Origin: Paecilomyces variotii
Lineage: Eukaryota
Assembly: GCA_004022145.1 (NCBI GenBank)
Contig: RCNU01000003.1
Length of the DNA: 64,000 nt
Direction: 5' to 3' (one strand)
Within the stretch, counting starts at the first letter, position 1; every line of letters starts with the position of its first letter. Of the stretch, positions 12,636 to 24,706 are shown piece by piece. Made by a program: the position numbers and the translations under genes. The notes below the pieces were generated by a model that worked only from the letters and a program-made list of their open reading frames with translations, had not been told where the DNA came from and did not search any database.

Positions 12636-15015
12636 TCAAACAGCCTTCTCAAACTTCTTTGCAATCTTCTCAAAGATATTGTCCCTCTCGACATTCGTAT
12701 GCGGCGCCGGCACCGTAGGAGGAACTGGATTGTGATCCGCTCCACCGACAACTACACCCGGGATCTCTTCCATACTGGCATTGGCCTTAACCATTTCTTC
12801 GGTTTCGTTCTCTATCCACTCGCCGAGCCGTGCGTCGATTTTGTGGAATATAGCTGGAAAATTGGAATTCCGTTAGCGTTAGGTTTCCGATATATTTATT
12901 TCCGGGAGGTGGAAACAAATATAAACTAGATAATTACGAGTTATAAATAAGAAAAGATCACAACTCACCATACGTCGTAAATCGTACTTCTCTAATAGCG
13001 CCATACAACTGGACAGCGACGTTATAGACGAAATGCTCCTGCTGTCCTTCTTCATGAGCCAGAGAATGCCAGAATGCTCGTGGCTGCACAAAGTCGTTAT
13101 CGGTAACATGGCTTTCGAACTTGGTCGCTCTGCCTACGAATTCCTCGTGGAAGGCCGGCTGTTCATATTGCTCTGCCTGGACGATCGGAGGCGCCTCTGT
13201 GCTGGGGATGTAGTTCGGGATGGAACCGTAGTTCATGATGTTCGAGGCGCCGTCCCGTTTGGTCGGGTTGTAGACGTAGAAGGATCGGTTGGTGGGTAGT
13301 TGGGGGAAATTGACTCCTAGACGGTAGCGCTGCGTGTCGCCGTAGGCGAATAGGCGGATTTGAAGGACTGGAGGGGTGTAGTGTTAGCTGTGAGATGCAC
13401 TAGATAAATGATTCAATGGATGGAACTGGAGAAAGAAAGGAACATACTCGGATCAAGACTAATGTCCCATCCCGGAACGACATTCGCAGGCGCAAAGGCA
13501 GCCTGTTCGACTTCCGTGAAGTAGTTGATCGGGTTGCGGTTCAGAGTGATCTTTCCAAAAGGAATCAAGGGGAAGTCCTCTGTGGGAATCGTCATTGTCG
13601 CATCAAAGATATTGACAGGATAGTTCTCTGCTTCAGCGGGATCGATGATCTGTGCATATACAGTCCAAGTTGGGAAGTTGCCCTTTTCGATGGCAGAATA
13701 TAGATCGCGAGTATTGTAGTCGGGATCCTTTCCGGTGATGGTTGTTGCCTCGTCCTGAGTCAGGGTCTTGACGCCTTGGTCGGTCTTGAGGGTGAGTCGG
13801 ACGTATTTGAATGATCCGTCCTTTTGAGGTCAGTATCATATTAGTCGTGCGAAGAGAGGATGTAGAATGGAAACTCACCGGCTTGGTGAACTTGTAAGTA
13901 TTTATACTGTAGATATCAGCGTATCGATAGGACACCGGGGTGCCGAGGTCACTGAATATGTACATAAGGGCATTGTATGCCTCCGCGTTGTTGTTGAAGT
14001 AGCTTTAAGATATTAGCACTGCGTTAGGGATTGACCGATTCATGGAAGAGGTTACCTACTCCCAGAACTATAATGAGAAAGATCATTAGCCTGTGGACAC
14101 TACAGTGTAACTCGTTAATATTTACTTACCAGTGTAGGATCCTTCAGGTTACTAGCTGGGTCTCGCTTCTGTGCATGGACGAAGGAAGGAAACTTCGCCG
14201 GATCCCTGATGGGAAAAACGGGCTAAAGAATTATCATCATCAGTATTTAGAAACGTGATTGGGAGGTTATGACTTACAGTGCTGAAGAACACCCAATCCA
14301 GATTCCCTTCTTCAGTATACAGCTTGAAAGCAAATCCACGAGTATCACGGACACTGTCTGCAAAACCTCTTTCCCCAGCGACTGTGGAAAAGCGCGCAAA
14401 GAGAGGAGTCTTCTTGCCAACCTGGTTGAGAAATGCAGCGCTGGTGATTTCGGAGATATCATGCGTAACTTCAAACTCTCCGAAAGCACCTGCACCCTTG
14501 GCGTGGACGAGTCTAAGTCCGGTCAGTGTTCACTGCATATTGTATTCCAATGGGAATGATACTCGCCTCTCAGGGATACGCTCGCGAGTAACATGAGAGA
14601 TGATGTCGACTAGATTGATATCCTGGAGAAGGAGTGGCCCGCGAAGCTGATGACCAATCCTTTCAGACGCCTGCGGTGCCCTGATGGGACATCCTACACT
14701 ACTCATAAACGACATTTTTCATGGTTATAAGGATGCAGCTTCATATATGTACTTACCATTGGCCAAGGTATAGTATTCCTCTCCCGGAGGAGGCTGCGCC
14801 CCCGGCGGAGAGCTAATCCCAGGTGGGAGCAGCTGGCCGGTCATGAAAGGACATCCTGATCATCGTTAATAACCGCCTTTTCATGACTTAGCAACACCAT
14901 CGTACCTTTGAGTTTGACCTCAGGAGCTGGATGCTCGACGGGGCACTGCTACAGATCAGTCAGCCAATCGTGTTTCCTAGTCTATGGGTTATCTTAGTAC
15001 CTCTTCTGCAGTCAT
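12636..15015 (-). CDS. Small-subunit heme catalase-family protein, divergent active site; 11 exons
   Basis: Spliced: MTAEE/QCPVEH.../GCPF.../GCPI...[18 protein letters not shown]...[10 protein letters not shown]...[27 protein letters not shown].../FWD/...EVEQAAFAP.../[17 protein letters not shown]...FEKAV*. Distal His and proximal Tyr present. One GC-AG intron (14566-14513) and an 8-nt exon (14067-14060). Confidence 0.92.
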
Positions 15016-15898
15016 TTTAGATAATGTGTAAAGCAAAAAGGGGTTTCCGGCAAAGATCAGAAAGTCAAACAGCAACGAGTCGAAATCTTCAGAGCGAGGA
15101 AACTCCTTACAGAAGAAACACTGGACGTGCTTCCACAGTTAATATACCATCGCTCGAGCTATTCTAATCAGACCACGGGTAGGGCGTCTGAGGGTGATGT
15201 AGCTCTCAACTCGAGCTGAACATCCCGTATCCATAATTAGTAAATATGGCCGTTTCTTACAAGGAAACGATCACGAGGATACGAATAAAATAACCAATCG
15301 CACTCATAAATTCTTGCTTGTCAAGACCTGTGAGCTGAATTTCGTCATAAGAAATAAGGTCTACCATCAGCCTTGTGATGAGGAGCTTGCCTTGTCCTGA
15401 CAATGAGTATTCGATGACTGGCCTAATCCGGGAGATCGACAGCGGTGTAGAGAGCCTTTTCCCGCGTTGTCAAGGGCGCAGTTCAGCCCTACGTGATATG
15501 CTTGCAGGGATATATAACTAGGCGAGGCGTGCTGACAGGATCTAGTAAACCTTAAGACATCCTCGCGACTGATGAGGCGGCATTTTAAATGTGGATTATG
15601 GGAATGGCTACTGACGCCTGTAGGCCTCAATTTTGCTTACCCAAATGTTTCTCGGCGGTTTTATGGATGATGTGCTCTCATGGTGTCTTTGCCGATGTAA
15701 CATGATTAGAAGAGCAAATGATAGACATGATCGTAGATGGTAGTAGAAATAGGTCGCATCAAAAGACGATGTTGTCGCTCAGTCACCTGCTTCATGTGCT
15801 ACAGAGACGTACATGTCTCATTATGATTCTTGTACACATTATAAGACTCGTATAATCGGCCCTATCTATTGAAGGCTGGAAAACTGCGGGTTAAACGG

Positions 15899-18181
15899 CT
15901 AGTCATGGTAAGTGACGCTGAAAATCTTGAAACCAGATTCCTTGCCTGCAGCACTGGGTGTGACAGTAAGAGCACCTGAGCTGCTGATGTTGATAGCCTC
16001 GTTCTTAGAGCCGGCGTATTCCAGAGTGTAACCCTTTCCGTTGCCCAAAAAGGTGATTTTGATGTCGGAAGCCTGCGCACTCTGGCTTGCAGGGTAAAGA
16101 ATGCCATTGCTGCCAAGCCATCTTCCATCCAGAGCGCTGGAAATTTTGAAGAGGCCGCTCTCCTCACCGTTGGAGTAGTGAATCACCCAGCGCTGGGACT
16201 TGCTCGCGTGATCACTGGTGGCTGAGCTGGCGCTTACTTTGTTACCGTTCGATGGATTCGTCAACGCCTTGCCGGCAATCTCGAATACGAGATAGCGGCC
16301 CTCGGTGAGATATCCAACGACTTCCTTGTAACCGTCCTCGAAGAAGAGGGCTTCAGAGACGTTCTGTGAGCCATACGGCACAGGCGGCCTCGGATCAGAG
16401 TACGTAGATTCACAGAGTGACGTGCCATCATAGTTTCCAGATGAATCTGTATGAGGTTCCGGTGCGAGAGGGATGTCAGGAAGAGACAAATCAGGCTACA
16501 GTATAGTGTCAATTGCGCGAGTTTCAAAATCATGGGCAAAAGCTGAACTTACGTGATCGAGATCAAGTGCGTTGACCAGGTTGGACATGTGCTCACGACG
16601 CCATGTTACCATCTGGTCTGTCTCAACGCCATTGTAACCTCTAGCAATAAGCCACTCCTCAATAAACATGATCTGGGAGTTATGGTCTGCTCTCTCAGTA
16701 AAAACGCGGTTATCACGTGTGAAAGGGGAGACGATGTAGAAAGGCAGGCGGACACCTAACAAGATATGTGTCAGCAGAGATGGGTATCAACTATTTTCTT
16801 GCACAGAAAACTAACCTGGGCCAACGTACACATCTCCAAAGAGACCATATGGATCCTCCATTCAATCCCCTGCGGTATCCTTTGGAGAGTGGAATGGGGT
16901 AACGTGGTCTCCAAAACCACCGGATTCTGATTACCGTCAGCCAATGTGGAATTATATGCAGGCCGGAAATAAACCATACCATCATAACTGATAATTAGCA
17001 CGGTAGACGCATATTTGGGACTGTTGGTAACGGCATTGACAACCTGCTGCTGCAACCAAGCACCGTCTTTGGGCATGTAAGGCGGGTGCTCAGACAGCTC
17101 TGCTGGACCGACAATGAAGCTAACTTCAGGGAGAGTTCCATTTGCAGCGGCCTCGTAGAATGAATCAAGGCCGACGTACGACATTCCTTTCTTGGCCAAA
17201 GGAGTGTCTGGCGGGGCGGTTTGATATTGTGAAAACCATGCAAGAGGGTTGTCGTCAAAGTTATCGGTGTCTTGATACACCTGCCACGAGACTCCAGCGT
17301 CCTCGTAAAATTCGAAGATGGTCTTCCAACTGAGCGGGTAGCAGCTAAAATCGCCCTGCTCACAGCCTGAACGGGCAGAAGTCAGCAAATCAGCTGTTTA
17401 GTAATGCTAGAGCCTATTCTAACCTGGAGTTTCGTTGTTGTCAATGTAGGGTCCTCCTTGAGAGCGATTCTGATGGCCACCAGGCACATTCACAGAGCCG
17501 CTTACGAGCGTAACACGGTTGGGGTTGGTGGCAGTGATTTGGCCCTCCTAAAAGCCATTGTTAGTATCTGCACACTGGTTGCTACTGCATTTTTATCGTA
17601 CCTGATACATATCTCCGCTTGTCCATCCTTCTGCAATAGCAAAATGAACGGGAATATCCTGTCTTTTCAGATAACCCCAGCTCCACGGGGTATTATTTCT
17701 GGCCCAGTAGTTGTTTAAGTCATTGTTCAGTGCTGCATGGTTCTCCTCATAACCGTTCGATCCGGCTGTCAGGCACTGGATTGCGTCAAGGGAGTCACCA
17801 CCTTGATAGCCGAGATACCACGGCAGCAAATAGTCTGTCTCGTTCGACATATCTGGGTCGACTTGTCTGTGACGAAAATCAGAATTTGGTCTCACGCTAC
17901 GGATACATTAGCTATACTAACTGGTACCAGACTGGTTTCCCATCAGCATTGACCTGGACGTTGGGGTCATTGAACCCTCTAATTCCGGCCATGGTGCCAA
18001 AGTACTACTTTTGTCAGCACTGGGATGTTGCTATCAAGCCAGGTCAAATGATACACACGGTATTCCATGACCGGTTCTCCTGCATGAAGATCACCACATG
18101 TTCAATATCTTTCAATGAACCAGCGGAGACCACATTGCTCTGAAGGAGAAGTCCCAGGAGGACGCCAGCCACAATCGCCAT
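15899..18181 (-). pseudogene. Secreted non-hemolytic (phosphoesterase-family) phospholipase C with a single in-frame TGA
   Basis: Signal peptide then IEHVVIFMQENRSW, YFGTMAGIRGFNDP, ATNPNR, ELSEHPP, ISYD/ESGGFGDHV, GPG/VRLPFYIVSP, DHNSQIMF. TGA at 16864-16862 lies within TAGD*MEDPYG; the other exons read openly. Confidence 0.75.
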
Positions 18182-18774
18182 GCTGACTATGATGGCAACA
18201 GTTGCTCGTGGTTTTCTTTGGCTGTCTGCTTGCAGCCAACGGGGAGGTCTGTTGACCATACTTTATAACGTTTCTATTTCACGGTGCCGGCCGCTGTAGT
18301 ATTGCTTCATTCAGCCGGCGTAAGTGTCATCAAAACCAGCACCTGCCATTTCCTGACAAGGCTCGGAGCTTTGGAGAGAACAATGTGTTGGAAGCTACTC
18401 GCACGTGGCGGAGGGCGATAGCGGTGTTGGGCAAGAGGATTGTGGCTTGGGCCAATAAGTACTTAAGTATGCGACAGGCGTTAGCAACGACGATGCTTGA
18501 TAGGGGGACAAGCTTCTGCGGCCCATGTGGATGAATGCGCACAGCCGATTCGATTATGCGCGGCGGCTTGAAGCGAAACAAAAGATATAAAAAATCTGAT
18601 TCATCTGTTAGATAACTTATTGGATGAAAACTTCCGATGCGAGTCTCGGCTCGTTAAAGTAATATCCCCATAAGCTCGTTGGGAAGGCTTTCGGGTCTCT
18701 CCCCGAAAGCATCTCGCATGGTTCTAGAATTGGGGACCTGAATTGGGAACGTTGCATCGGTCGACCAGAAAAAG

Positions 18775-21257
18775 ATGGTAGATGTGGTAGAACGAGCAGT
18801 TAGTCAAGTGCTCAGACAAAGGATGGAGCGCAAATCCAGTCGCAGAAGAAACGCTCCTGCAGTGGACATGGACAGGCCGCAGCACAAGCCTGTTGCCAAG
18901 GCACGAGAACAAGCCAGAGTACGCGGTTCGAAATCGAATAATTTATGGCCAACGCTATATTCCTCTTTGGCCGTGTGTTCTATTATACTCTTTGTCTATA
19001 TCGGAAGCGGCGGGAATGGACCGTTTCGGCCACCTCTGGCATTCCCAGACGATAAGAAGCATCAGGTTCCACATGCATCCATTTCATCAGCACTACAGCT
19101 CCATCCTGAAAACCACATACTTCGCGAGGCAACAGTGCAGTCATTAAATTGGCATATAAGCTCCAGCTATCGCCGTCCCGATGGGGTCAAGAAACGCGTA
19201 TTCCTAATAAACGGTTCGTTCTCCATTCAAATGCTCGTTTATCTAGATGGTCTGTGTTAATATCATACTACAGATGAATTTCCAGGCCCGACTATCGAGG
19301 CACGCTCTGGAGATACCCTAGTCATCACAGTCCATAATGATCTGCAGGACGAATCTCTCGCTATCCATTGGCATGGTCTGAGAGGTGGGCTTTCTCCTGT
19401 CGAGCAGGATATTAATATTGATCGAAGTCAACTCGGACTGACCAAGTTGCCCACTAGGACCAAACTCCATGGACGGAGTCGTTGGCGTGACACAATGTGC
19501 CATTGCTCCTGGCTCTTCATTTACATACAACTTCACCATCCCGGCCGACCAAAGCGGCACGTTCTGGTACCATTCTCATTCGAACGTTCAAAGATCAGAC
19601 GGACTGTATGGCGGTCTCGTGGTGCATAAACCTGTATCGAAACCCACGGTACGCGGACTGTTGGCCGGTCATGACTTTCCAGATAGTGAAAAGTACCATT
19701 ATAACAAGGAGCTTTTGCTTCTTGTGGGCGATTGGTATCATCGCTCCGCTGTAGATGTCTTGGCTTGGTATATGCGCGCTGGGTCCTTTGGAAACGAAGT
19801 GCGTACCATTGCAAACTGTTTTGGGAAATCTACTAAATTCCCTGCAGCCAGTTCCTGATTCCTTGCTTGTCAACGGACTGGGGCGATATAACTGTTCGAT
19901 GGCGGTACCAGCCCGGCCTGTAGATTGCAATGGGAACCGTTCGCTTCCTTATCTGGATCTGGATCCGAGTATTACATATAGAATCCGAGTAGTCAACACA
20001 GGGTAGGTTCTCACCCAGCTGATCCCCAAGCAGCACACTGATACTTAACCTGAGATAGTTCCCTCGCCGGCTTCACGCTCCGATTTAAGGAAGAGAACCT
20101 CCAGCTTATCCAACTAGACGGTGGTATAGATGTGGAATCCCAATATCAGCAAACAGCCACGTCTGCCGGCATTCTCTTTCCAGGACAACGAATGGACTTG
20201 GTTCTGAAAGCATCCTCTCATACAGACAAGCATACTCCATCCTCCTTAACAGTAGAGCTAGACAAAGGGTATCAAAACCACCCCTATCACAACAACCACC
20301 GCTTCCATCCATCCATCCAACTAACCGTCCTATCGAAACAGCTGCTTCAAATACCCAAACCCAGCATTAACCCCATCGCACACCTTCCCCATCTACTACA
20401 ACAGCGCATCCATCCCCATATCCAACATCAACTCACAACCACTACCACCACCGCCGTCAACCCCCAACGACTCCTCCCACATCGACATAGAACGCGCCTC
20501 ATCCGCATCTTCCATCCTCGCCTCCCTTCCCTCCAAAGCACAACAAACGCACGTGGTATATACGAAAGTCGAAAAACTCGCTCGACTCTCCAACGTCCCT
20601 TACGGCTTCTTCAACCGCACCACATGGAAACCACAGGCTGATCCACCGACACCGCTAATCTCTCTACCTCGACAACAATGGGATCGGAACCAACTTGCTG
20701 TCGTGACGGGTCCAGAGCCAGAATGGGTTGATTTCATAGTAAATAATTTGGATGATAGCTCACATCCTTTTCATCTTGTAAGTCTATGTTTATTTTATTT
20801 TTGTGGTGTGTTATCAGGGGCTAGATTGTCGTGAATGTGTGTATGTATACAATGTATACACAAAATACTTACCTGGAACTACTAACAGCACGGCCATAAC
20901 TTCTACATCCTCTTCATCCACAAAGCCTCTATCGGATGGGGTTCGTATAATCCATTCCAAGATACTTCCCCTCCAGGCCTACCTCCTTCTTCCTCTAATC
21001 CAGAATACACTCCATACAACCTCACCCGCTCTATCCTCCGAGACACAGTCCAGATCCCATCCCGTGGATACGCGGTCTTGCGCTTCCGTGCTGATAATCC
21101 GGGAACATGGCTTTTCCATTGTCATATCGCGTGGCATCTGGCTAGCGGGATGGCTATGGTGGTGGATGTTTTGGGTGATAGGGAGGGGGTGGAGGCGCAT
21201 ACTTCTTTTAATGGCCTGGGTTTTGCGGGGGAAGGGGGAACGTGTGCGGGGATGTAA
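18775..21257 (+). CDS. Multicopper oxidase (laccase-like) with N-terminal membrane anchor
   Basis: All four Cu motifs across spliced exons: IHWHG (~19363), [29 protein letters not shown]. Basic N-terminus then hydrophobic [14 protein letters not shown]. Stop TAA at 21255-21257. Confidence 0.9.
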
Positions 21258-21663
21258 ATGCGTTCTTCCTTTTCTTTTTCTTTTCCTAGTCTGGAAAAGG
21301 CGGAACCGTTCTGATATAATTATATATCTCTCTCATTCTAGATTTCAAAAGACTAAGTTGATGGGGAAAAGGGTTCATGGAGACAGTCAATGATAAAAAA
21401 AAATATCGGATCTAAAGCCTTAGCGTGGTTTTATTGTTCAATCGCAAAACATGCAAGAATGGTGAAAAGGGCCACCAAGTAGGTATGTATTCAGGACAGG
21501 GTCATAGAGGGTATGAGCAGTAGGATAAGGTAAGCATTTCCCGTATTTTGTATTACGGCCGGCTTGTAATATGTATACAGACAGTACAAAAAGCAACACC
21601 GAACTCCAGGCTAAAAATGACTGAAACTCAAGGGAACCGGTCCCAGGGTAGAACGAATCTGTA

Positions 21664-23619
21664 TTATGAGGCTGCTGACCACTCGAGCACCTCCAGGGCA
21701 CAGACGACGAGGACGAGCGTGGAAGGAAGGATCCTGCAGGATATATTAGTTAGGTGCAAAAGAGGTTCGGAAGAATCGGAGGAAAACTTACCATACGACG
21801 TAGCTCTGGAAGAGGATACTCGACATGGCTCCCATGAATACGTTATTGATCTGGCAGATCTGCGCCAGTTGCAGAGCCGACGGGGCTCCCGTAAGGAGGA
21901 AGCAGACGATGATGAAGATGGGGTCGTCCAGAATGCTCACTTGGACGTACTTGGCAACTAATGCGAGGATGGGTGCCATGATGATGGTAGGAAGAAGCAT
22001 CCGAGCAACGAGTGAGGCGATGATCAACTTGCGTTCCTCCTTCGGGTCCTCCATGTCATTCAATGACTCCTCTGGGAGCGTGTTGCGCGCCAGGTTGGCG
22101 CCCAGGACTACCAGAATCAAGGGCACGGCGACTTGACCGTTCTGGTCGATAGCTCGGGTCACAGAGTTCTGCACGAATGTGCCCTCGTCGAAGAAAAGGT
22201 GTTGCAATGAAGGAACTGACGCCACGAGGATAGCAACCAACATTGCCCAGAGTGGAGGGTTCATGAAGTCCCAAACACCTTTAACAAATGTATACAGCCC
22301 TGCGGAGACCATCGAAAGAACCTTCTGTACGGGTGACGGCAATCGCTCGAAAACTGCATTCGCCCTCGCCTTCACAGAGCGCGAAACGCGACGGCGCCAT
22401 TGTCGGATGGACCGTCCCCAACGCTGCAGGAAACCTTTGAATCCGGACGCAGGGAGGTCTTCCCGTCTCCTTACCTCGACGTTGGGGAAAGACATGATGA
22501 GACCAGTAGAACTCTGACGAGGCAGGAAAGGACCACTGGGCGGCGGGCCAAGATGAGAAACCCGGTCTTCATCTTCGTCTGGCGTAGCATCGCCCAGAGC
22601 GGAAAGCTTCGAATATGACGGAACGCGGTCGCTAACGGGAGTCTGGCCACCAGATTCGAAGGTGCTATTGCTGTGAGCGGTGTGCTCGTGGAACGAAGGA
22701 AGATCCTCCTCTCTCGTTCTGATGAGCGGTTCGTCGGGATCGGTCTGCTCTGGGTTATCGGCGTAGATTTCCTGGCCATGTTCGATGGCGGCGCAGTCGC
22801 TCGCATCTTCCAGGTATCTTTCCTTGGGCGCCAGCAGCACATGATAACCCCAACTCCACCGCACCAGCTGGCCCAGCTGCTGGAAAATCAGCAGGTATAG
22901 GATTCCTCGCGCAGCCACCTCATCATCGTTATCATTTGGGACCCTATCCCAGTGGAGGCCCTTCAGAGTCTGCGAGAGCGATATGACGAGGGAGATCGGG
23001 AGGGAGTTGGAGTTGCCGAACACCTGCGCAGATTACAAGTTAGATCGTGATTGATAAGGTCTGAACCCAAGGCTGTATGCACGTACCGCCATCGCAGCAA
23101 CAAAATTCGACTGGCGCTTCTGGAACCGGAAGCACCGGGATACAAATGCGGAGCAGCCATAGGAGACGAGAGTCTGGACGACGAAGATGAAGGGGATGAT
23201 AGCGAGATCCGTCAGCTTTTCGGCCGTCAATTGGGACCCAAGCTTCATAAAGACTGCAGAATAGTTAGAGGATCTTGTAAGCTCTCCTTGGGGGGAACTG
23301 TAAGGTACGCACTCAGACATGGCGTGAAAAGTGCGACATTCAAGTTGGCGACCAGCTTCTGGGCGTCCGCGTCGAACATGCCCTGGCGCGCGGCGATGTA
23401 TCCTGGCAAGCTCACACAGACGACTTCAAGCACAGCTTCGAAGACCAGCAGCACCAGGTGCAGAAAAGAGGGATGATTGGAATGCTGCCCTGGTCCGCTC
23501 TGCATGATGCCAGCCGTTAGATTCCCCATCTGGCCGACGAAGCCCCGACGCTCAAGTTGGGGGAAGTCATAGAGGTTGTTCGCATTGCGAAATGATGTTG
23601 GCGAGGTGAAAATTGCCAT
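21664..23619 (-). CDS. Auxin efflux carrier (AEC/PILS-like, Mem_trans) family transporter
   Basis: LVFEAVLEVVCVSLPGYIAAR, NLNVALFTPCL, VFGNSNSLPISLV, RWSWGY, long hydrophilic loop, MNPPLWAM, VPLILVVLGANL, APSALQLAQI. Last exon ends WSAAS* at 21664. Confidence 0.9.
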
Positions 23620-24668
23620 CGGGAGTATGTGGAAGATGGAAGAACGATGGCGGGAAAGATGAAAGAGAATGTGAGATGACAATAGAAAAAAGGTTGCGCT
23701 GAGGATGCCGGGCGCTTTTGATAGGTAGTAGTAACTATTACTTAGCTCGCGCAGGTTGGGATTGCATGAGATCACCACGGCGACTTTTGACGTTTCGGAG
23801 CTGAGACTGGCCCGTCCCAGCCAGGAACATTCGGCGCACCAGAGCAAGACGATCGCACAACCACCACTCAACAATCATCAACGACTCGCACTGTTTGGCT
23901 CAGTCAGCCAAGGAGTAATCAACGAGGCGGAGGGCAATAGCCAAGAAGGCTGTGTGGTACTCTACTCATGTATCTAACCGTTAATCGGCCCATGCCAAGC
24001 ACTACCAAGATAAACAGACCGACACTTTGAGGAGACGGTCAGAGGATCCTCAACCGTGCTAAGTGAAAATTCTGTTCTGTTGACGAACCCAAAAGCAGTT
24101 TTTATGGATGATAGATAGTTACATTAACTGCATGGTGTAATAGTTATGTGCTCATGCGAGCCCTATTTACAGATTTACGAGAGGAAGTGGACGACAACGC
24201 CGATTAGAGATCTTTCCCCACGCTGGGGATGGATGATCCAGTATGATAGGTGATAGATAGCTAAGTTAAGCAGGATGACGCTGGACTCGGTGACAATAGG
24301 TGGTTGTGGCCAAGATCGAAGCGCAAATCTGACGCAACCAGGAATGCGGGGGAGATCGTGAATTGCTAGCTTTTTTTTTTTTTTTCAAGCATTGATCGAT
24401 CTCTGCGTAAGAGTACATAGAAGTCTAGAAGATCTCTTGGTTATGTCGATTCTTCTTTCGCATCGAGCAGAGGCGAATCTCAGACTGGCACAAAGTCCCT
24501 GCAGGCAGCGCAATTTTTAGTTTTCCACTGCAGGTCTGCATGTGTAGAGTAGTTTCTTAGTGCCAATCTGTTAGAACTGTGGGTTAGGCTTCTTTCTTTC
24601 TTTATTTATATATATTTTTATTTCTTTTTTTTTTTTCTGCTGGGCGCTTGGGCGGCTGGTTCATTAAG

Positions 24669-24706
24669 AATAATAATAATCATGATAATAATAATAATAA
24701 TAATAA
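24669..24706. repeat. Interrupted (AAT)n microsatellite
   Basis: AAT units visible directly, interrupted by CATG. Confidence 0.85.

Noticed and set aside
8600..21300. Starship giant transposon or secondary-metabolite cluster
   Set aside because: No DUF3435 tyrosine recombinase and no PKS, NRPS, terpene synthase or DMATS in the window; no boundary repeats identified.
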